From the IMG/VR virus record IMGVR_UViG_3300046012_000429, positions 1 through 56,148 of that record: a stretch of 56,148 bases of DNA; one strand, written 5' to 3'. Position 1 is the first letter of the stretch, and each line of letters opens with the position of its first letter. Of this stretch, positions 52,475 to 56,148 are shown piece by piece. The notes beneath the pieces were generated by a model, which ran no database searches, was not told where the DNA came from, and saw only the letters and a program-made list of their open reading frames with translations. Position numbers and translations under genes: made by a program. Source of the stretch: a virus (taxonomy: Duplodnaviria; Caudoviricetes).

Positions 52475-54127
52475 GTGGACCTCAACAAGAACTTCACCGC
52501 ACTGGATGCTGACGCGCTGGCGACCTACGCCGCCCAGGTCCGTGCCGCTTTCGACGCCATCGCGTCCGCCGATGCCCCGACCGAGGCCCAGGTCACCGAG
52601 GCCGAGGGCTACGCCGAGCACCTGGAGGCCATCGAGGCCGAGCAGACCGCCCGCACCGAGCGTGCCGAGGCTCTTGCTGCCCGCACGGCCGCACTGCGCA
52701 CCCGCTTCGCCACCGAGGAGGGCGGCGAGGACGAGAGTGCCACCAACGTCCCGATGGATGAGGAGCCCAACGACGACGACGACGAGATCGGTCCCGACAC
52801 CGTCGAGGAGCCCCTCTCTGAGCCGACCATCGTCAAGCGCCCCGGTGCTGGAGAGAAGGCTCGCTCCGGTGTGACCACCCTCGCCAAGCGGACCACCCGT
52901 CCGGTCAAGCCCGCCCGGTCCCGTGCTCCGATCACCATCACGGCCGCCGCCGACGTGCCCGAGTTCGCTACCGGCTCGAAGATGGAGGGGCTGGAGCAGG
53001 TCACCACGGCGATGATCAACCGGATGCGTGGCTTCGGCGCCCCGTCCGGCGACGGCAGTCACGAGGATCTGCGCCACGTCGGCGTCGCGTCCTTCGCGCT
53101 CGACTTCCCACAGGAGTTGACCTCGGATCGGCACTCCGACGACATGGAGGTGCTCGCGGCCGCAGCCAAGGAATCCCGCCTCCCCGGCGGCTCCCTCACC
53201 GCTGCCGGTGGCTGGTGCGCGCCGAGTGAGACGATCTACGACCTGTGTGCACAGGAGACCGCCGAGGGCCTGCTCTCGCTGCCGGAGATCAACGTCACCC
53301 GGGGCGGCATCAAGTACACCAAGGGTCCGGACTTCTCCGACATCTACGACAACGTCGGCTTCTGCCAGACCGAGGCGCAGGCCATCGCGGGGACCACCAA
53401 GACCTGCCTCGAAGTGGCCTGCCCGCCGTTCCTGGAGGTCCGGCTCGACGCCTGCGGCATCTGCGTCAAAGCCCCGATCCTCACCAACGCGGCCTACCCG
53501 GAACTGGTGCAGCGCTACATCAGCGGTTCGATGATCGCCCACCAGCACAAGATGAACGTCAAGGTGATCAACACCATCGTCGCTGGCTCGACAGCCAAGA
53601 CCGCCACCGGTCTCGGCGCAGTGGCCACCGACACCTTCGATGCGCTGACCCTGTTCGCCAACGTGCAGCGGGAGAAGTACCGCATCTCGCCGAACGCCAG
53701 CCTGGAGGTCATCCTCCCGTTCTGGGTCAAGGACCTGATCAAGTCCGACATCGCCCGCCGCAACGCGGTCGCGGTCGAGGTGATCTCCGATGCTCAGGTT
53801 GCCTCGGAGTTCTCCAGTCGGAACCTCGCGGTCCAGTACGTGTACGACTACCAGCCCCTCGGCGAGGACGCGGTGGCCTACCCGGACACCTTCAACGCGC
53901 TGATGTACCCGGCGGGTACCTGGGTGAAGGGCACCGCCGACGTGATCAACCTCAACGCGGTGTACGACGCGGCGGAGTTGGCCAAGAACATGTACACGGC
54001 GCTGTTCTTCGAGCAGGGCATCCTCGCAGCGCAACTGTGCTGGGACTCCCTCAACATCGAGATCCCGGTCTGCAACGCCGGTCGCTCCGGAGCGCCTGAC
54101 CTGGTGTGCGGCGCCATCGTCCCCTGA
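52475..54127 (+). CDS. Major capsid (hexamer) protein with N-terminal scaffold-like extension
   Basis: SLTAAGGWCAPSETIYD, LPEI...RGG, K.C..V.CP.F.EVRL..CG.C, AYPEL; RBS GAGGAG. Confidence 0.92.
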   Translation: MDLNKNFTALDADALATYAAQVRAAFDAIASADAPTEAQVTEAEGYAEHLEAIEAEQTARTERAEALAARTAALRTRFATEEGGEDESATNVPMDEEPNDDDDEIGPDTVEEPLSEPTIVKRPGAGEKARSGVTTLAKRTTRPVKPARSRAPITITAAADVPEFATGSKMEGLEQVTTAMINRMRGFGAPSGDGSHEDLRHVGVASFALDFPQELTSDRHSDDMEVLAAAAKESRLPGGSLTAAGGWCAPSETIYDLCAQETAEGLLSLPEINVTRGGIKYTKGPDFSDIYDNVGFCQTEAQAIAGTTKTCLEVACPPFLEVRLDACGICVKAPILTNAAYPELVQRYISGSMIAHQHKMNVKVINTIVAGSTAKTATGLGAVATDTFDALTLFANVQREKYRISPNASLEVILPFWVKDLIKSDIARRNAVAVEVISDAQVASEFSSRNLAVQYVYDYQPLGEDAVAYPDTFNALMYPAGTWVKGTADVINLNAVYDAAELAKNMYTALFFEQGILAAQLCWDSLNIEIPVCNAGRSGAPDLVCGAIVP

Positions 54128-54171
54128 TTGTCCGTCTACCTAACCGAGACGTGACCCCAGGGAGGTGCTGA

Positions 54172-54966
54172 ATGTCCGTCGTCATCGCGAACGCACGACA
54201 GGCGGTCTCCGCACCGGTTCGCCAGCCGCGCCGGTTCGGCCTGTTCTCCGTGGTCGAGACCATCGACAGCGGTGAGTCCCACTGGATGCTCGGTGGGATC
54301 ACCGCTGACGGTGAGTCGTGTTCCAGGCCGCAAGGGGACACGATCCTCTGCGGCCCTACCGCGCCGAAGACCTCCGAGTCTTGGTACTCCGACCTGGACG
54401 CCGACCCCTGGCTGGCGTACATGTACGAGACCTGCCGCACCGTCGGCCGGATCGAGGAGTCCGCCGCCAAGTTGAAGCAGCGGTTCCTCGCCTCCGAGCA
54501 GTCGGCGGTGGAGACCGAGTTCCAGGACAACGTGTTGGATGCTGCCCCAGCGCTGGGGTTGTTCCCCTCGCCCAGCCGGGCAGTGGCCGCCCTGGAGCAG
54601 GAGGCTGCCTCCGAGTACGGCGGTCAGATCACCCTGCACCTGGGGGCACTGGCAGCGTCGCAGGCGTTCGCGCACAGTCCGCTGATCCGGGTGGGTGACC
54701 ATCTGGAGACGGTGTCGGGCAACCTCGTCTCGGTCGGCAACTACCACGCCGATCACGCCGGGGGCTCCGACTCCGCCCCGGTCGTCTACGCCACCGGGGC
54801 CACCGTGCTGTACCGCAGTGTGCTGGCCGAGACCGGCCCGGTGCTCGGCAAGACCACCGGTGCGTACAACAACGAGTACCACGTGCTGATCGAGCGGGGC
54901 TACGCAGCCTTGGTCGACTGCTTCATGGCCAGCGCCACCGGCACCCTCTGCGATTGCGGTGCGTGA
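54172..54966 (+). CDS. Second capsid protein (pentamer-like)
   Basis: FGLFSV, EQ.AVE, A.LE, T..GN.V..G.Y, YATG, N....LIER.Y...DC; directly after the major capsid as in Rosebush-like phages. Confidence 0.78.
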   Translation: MSVVIANARQAVSAPVRQPRRFGLFSVVETIDSGESHWMLGGITADGESCSRPQGDTILCGPTAPKTSESWYSDLDADPWLAYMYETCRTVGRIEESAAKLKQRFLASEQSAVETEFQDNVLDAAPALGLFPSPSRAVAALEQEAASEYGGQITLHLGALAASQAFAHSPLIRVGDHLETVSGNLVSVGNYHADHAGGSDSAPVVYATGATVLYRSVLAETGPVLGKTTGAYNNEYHVLIERGYAALVDCFMASATGTLCDCGA

Positions 54967-55163
54967 TGGCTGAGGTGCCGTTCGACAAGAGGCCCAGCGA
55001 CCAGGCCACCCTGCTACTCGCTGCTGCTGAGGAACTTGGCCTGGACCCGAGTGTGGTGCAGACCTACGAGGGCGGCTTCCTGGTTCCCCAGGAGGTGCAC
55101 GACACGGCGTACCCGCCACCGAAGCGCAAGTCCAAGAAGAAGTCTGAGAGTGAGGAAGGCTGA
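54966..55163 (+). CDS. Small hypothetical virion protein
   Basis: A.LLL.AAE.LG.....V.T..GGF.VP. Confidence 0.7.
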   Translation: MAEVPFDKRPSDQATLLLAAAEELGLDPSVVQTYEGGFLVPQEVHDTAYPPPKRKSKKKSESEEG

Positions 55164-56053
55164 TGGCCGGATCAAACACCTGTTTCTCGCTCGTCCGTGG
55201 TCGGGCGATGCGAGTGACCCGGCTCGACGGCTGCGGCTCTGTCGACCTGGGCCCCGCTGCCGCAATCGTCAGCGACGGCTTCATCACCGTCCAGTTGACC
55301 GCTCAGACCGATGAGGGCGAGACCATCTCGGTCACCAACGCCGCAGGCAAGGTCTGCATCCTGGACGAGCCGTGCCCGGTCTTCACCGGCTACGAGATCC
55401 AGGTCGAGTTCTGTGGTGTCGACCCACTGCTCTACGAACTGATGACCGGAATGCCATCGGTTACCGACGCGGAGGGCAACCGGGTGGGCATCCGGATGAA
55501 CTCCGGCGTGGATGCCTGTTCCTCAGGATTTGCTCTGGAAGTGTGGAGCAACGTGCCGAGCGCAGTCTGTGACCCGGGGGCCGGTGTCTCCTACGGCTAC
55601 TTCCTGGTGCCCTTCATCAAGGGCGGTGTGATCGGCGACTTCACCGTCGGCAACGACGCGGTCAACTTCACCCTCTCGGGAGCCAAGTCCAAGGACGGCA
55701 ACAACTGGGGCTTCGGTCCCTACGACGTGGTGAAGGACGACGGCGGTCAGCCCAGCCCGCTGCTGGAGGAGGTCGACAGCAGGGACCACCTGTGGATGCA
55801 GTTGACCACCGTCGCTCCGCCGGAGCCCTCCTGCGATGCGATCGAGGTCGGCACCGCTGCTACCGGAGCCACCGCCGGACAGCCGGGTCAGTGGACTCCG
55901 AGCCCGGGCTACGGTCCGGCCGACTTCACGGAGATGGACACCATCACGGCCAGCCCGACCACTGCCTGGACCAGTGGCCAGTACATCGTGCTGGAGGATG
56001 AGACCTTCGCCTTCTGGAACGGCACCACCTGGGAGTCCGGAAAGGCCCCGTAA
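55163..56053 (+). CDS. Major tail protein
   Basis: VRGR.MRVTRLD.CG, GF..V, NA.G..C, FCGVDP, FALEVW, GY.L.P; C-terminal TAWT.GQY..L.D...WNG..W..G.A. Confidence 0.88.
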   Translation: MAGSNTCFSLVRGRAMRVTRLDGCGSVDLGPAAAIVSDGFITVQLTAQTDEGETISVTNAAGKVCILDEPCPVFTGYEIQVEFCGVDPLLYELMTGMPSVTDAEGNRVGIRMNSGVDACSSGFALEVWSNVPSAVCDPGAGVSYGYFLVPFIKGGVIGDFTVGNDAVNFTLSGAKSKDGNNWGFGPYDVVKDDGGQPSPLLEEVDSRDHLWMQLTTVAPPEPSCDAIEVGTAATGATAGQPGQWTPSPGYGPADFTEMDTITASPTTAWTSGQYIVLEDETFAFWNGTTWESGKAP

Positions 56054-56073
56054 CCCCGGGCCACTGGGAAATC

Positions 56074-56107
56074 GACGGCCACGCCCTCTGACGGAGGCGT
56101 GGCCGTC
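56074..56107 (+). terminator. Hairpin after the major tail gene
   Basis: GACGGCCACGCC / GGCGTGGCCGTC 12-bp stem. Confidence 0.55.
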
Positions 56108-56148
56108 ACCATGTCGGAGAGGATGCGGATATGGACGATGACTGCGTG

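Overview
The window holds most of a high-GC, tailed (siphovirus-like) actinobacteriophage genome, opened inside the tape-measure gene. The order is: (+) tape measure and minor tail genes, 1-8.3 kb; a long (-) arm of early, replication and accessory genes, 8.5-32.2 kb (Cas4-like exonuclease, Rad52/22-like annealase, VRR-NUC, HNH, TOPRIM primase-helicase, SSB, a host-like three-gene SRPBCC module); (+) small genes, 32.6-36.0 kb (RHH regulator, ART-like, histone-like, ParB-like); a (-) glycoside hydrolase and tail-fibre block, 36.1-41.7 kb; and (+) terminase, portal, MuF-protease, lysis cassette, two capsid proteins and major tail, 41.9-56.1 kb. The head genes resemble the mycobacteriophage cluster B (Rosebush-like) hexamer/pentamer architecture; this is motif recognition, not a search result. 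No integrase, DNA polymerase, reverse transcriptase, tRNA or CRISPR array was seen. The most notable signals are non-coding: 19 copies of the palindrome GTTAAGG-N2/3-CCTTAAC, mostly at gene boundaries; five early-gene leader hairpins that share an (R)CCGU loop on differing stems; an extended ribosome-binding motif; and two candidate structured RNAs. Coding oddities include a GH25 gene apparently inserted into an SH3 domain of an M23 lysin, a diverged tandem duplicate of a tail-fibre tip, probable ATT/ATC start codons and one in-frame TGA. All functional calls are by eye.
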